This document shows, piece after piece, positions 63,901 through 64,000 of a stretch of 64,000 nt of DNA (the first letter of the stretch is position 1; each line of letters starts with the position of its first letter). This stretch comes from Squalus acanthias (taxonomy: Eukaryota): the NCBI GenBank assembly GCA_030390025.1, contig CM059432.1, forward strand, positions 50,160,001 through 50,224,000, read 5' to 3'. The notes below the pieces were generated by a model that was not told where the DNA came from, did not search any database, and saw nothing but the letters and a program-made list of their open reading frames with translations. Both the position numbers and the translations under genes were made by a program.

Positions 63901-64000
63901 TGACTTTGAAGTATATCGCCGTTCCTTCATCGTTGCTGGGTCAAATTCCTGGCACTCCCTCCCTAACAGCACTGTGGGAGTACCTTCACCACACGGACTG
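60890..64000 (+). mobile_element. Near full-length single-ORF APE-RT LINE (CR1/L2 group) with a tRNA-derived SINE head as 5' UTR; this copy is degenerate
   Basis: APE: KVLLTSIWGL, DLVIFTES, RGGG, YRPP, GDFNVHH. RT: GPDNIP, ALDIKAAFDRVWH, VPQGS (the ADD motif is deleted here but present in the 7.9-kb copy). Several stops and frameshifts; runs off the window. Confidence 0.9.

Overview
Vertebrate, repeat-saturated non-coding DNA, most likely from a shark or other cartilaginous fish. That assignment is inferred from the repeat complement: CR1/HER1-type LINEs, a V-domain HE1-type SINE, a DeuSINE, Neptune-type Penelope elements and PIF/Harbinger elements. I found no prokaryotic genes, rRNA, true tRNA genes or CRISPR arrays. 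Main contents: (1) a 5'-truncated but uninterrupted Penelope RT+GIY-YIG ORF; (2) three TSD-flanked Penelope insertions with inverted pLTR arms, and five minimal hammerhead ribozyme motifs; (3) four Harbinger transposase relics, three with remnants of a convergent Myb/SANT partner gene, plus many Harbinger-type MITEs; (4) many nested CR1 fragments; (5) one candidate host exon on the minus strand (50806-50934). The most striking item is a single-ORF APE-RT LINE at 60890 to beyond 64000. Its 5' UTR is a tRNA-derived SINE head with A/B boxes, it has no ORF1 or in-frame AUG, and it is nearly free of sense-strand TTTT. A SINE at 15888-16355 is its head+tail internal-deletion derivative. Together these suggest a possibly Pol III-driven autonomous LINE with a partner SINE.
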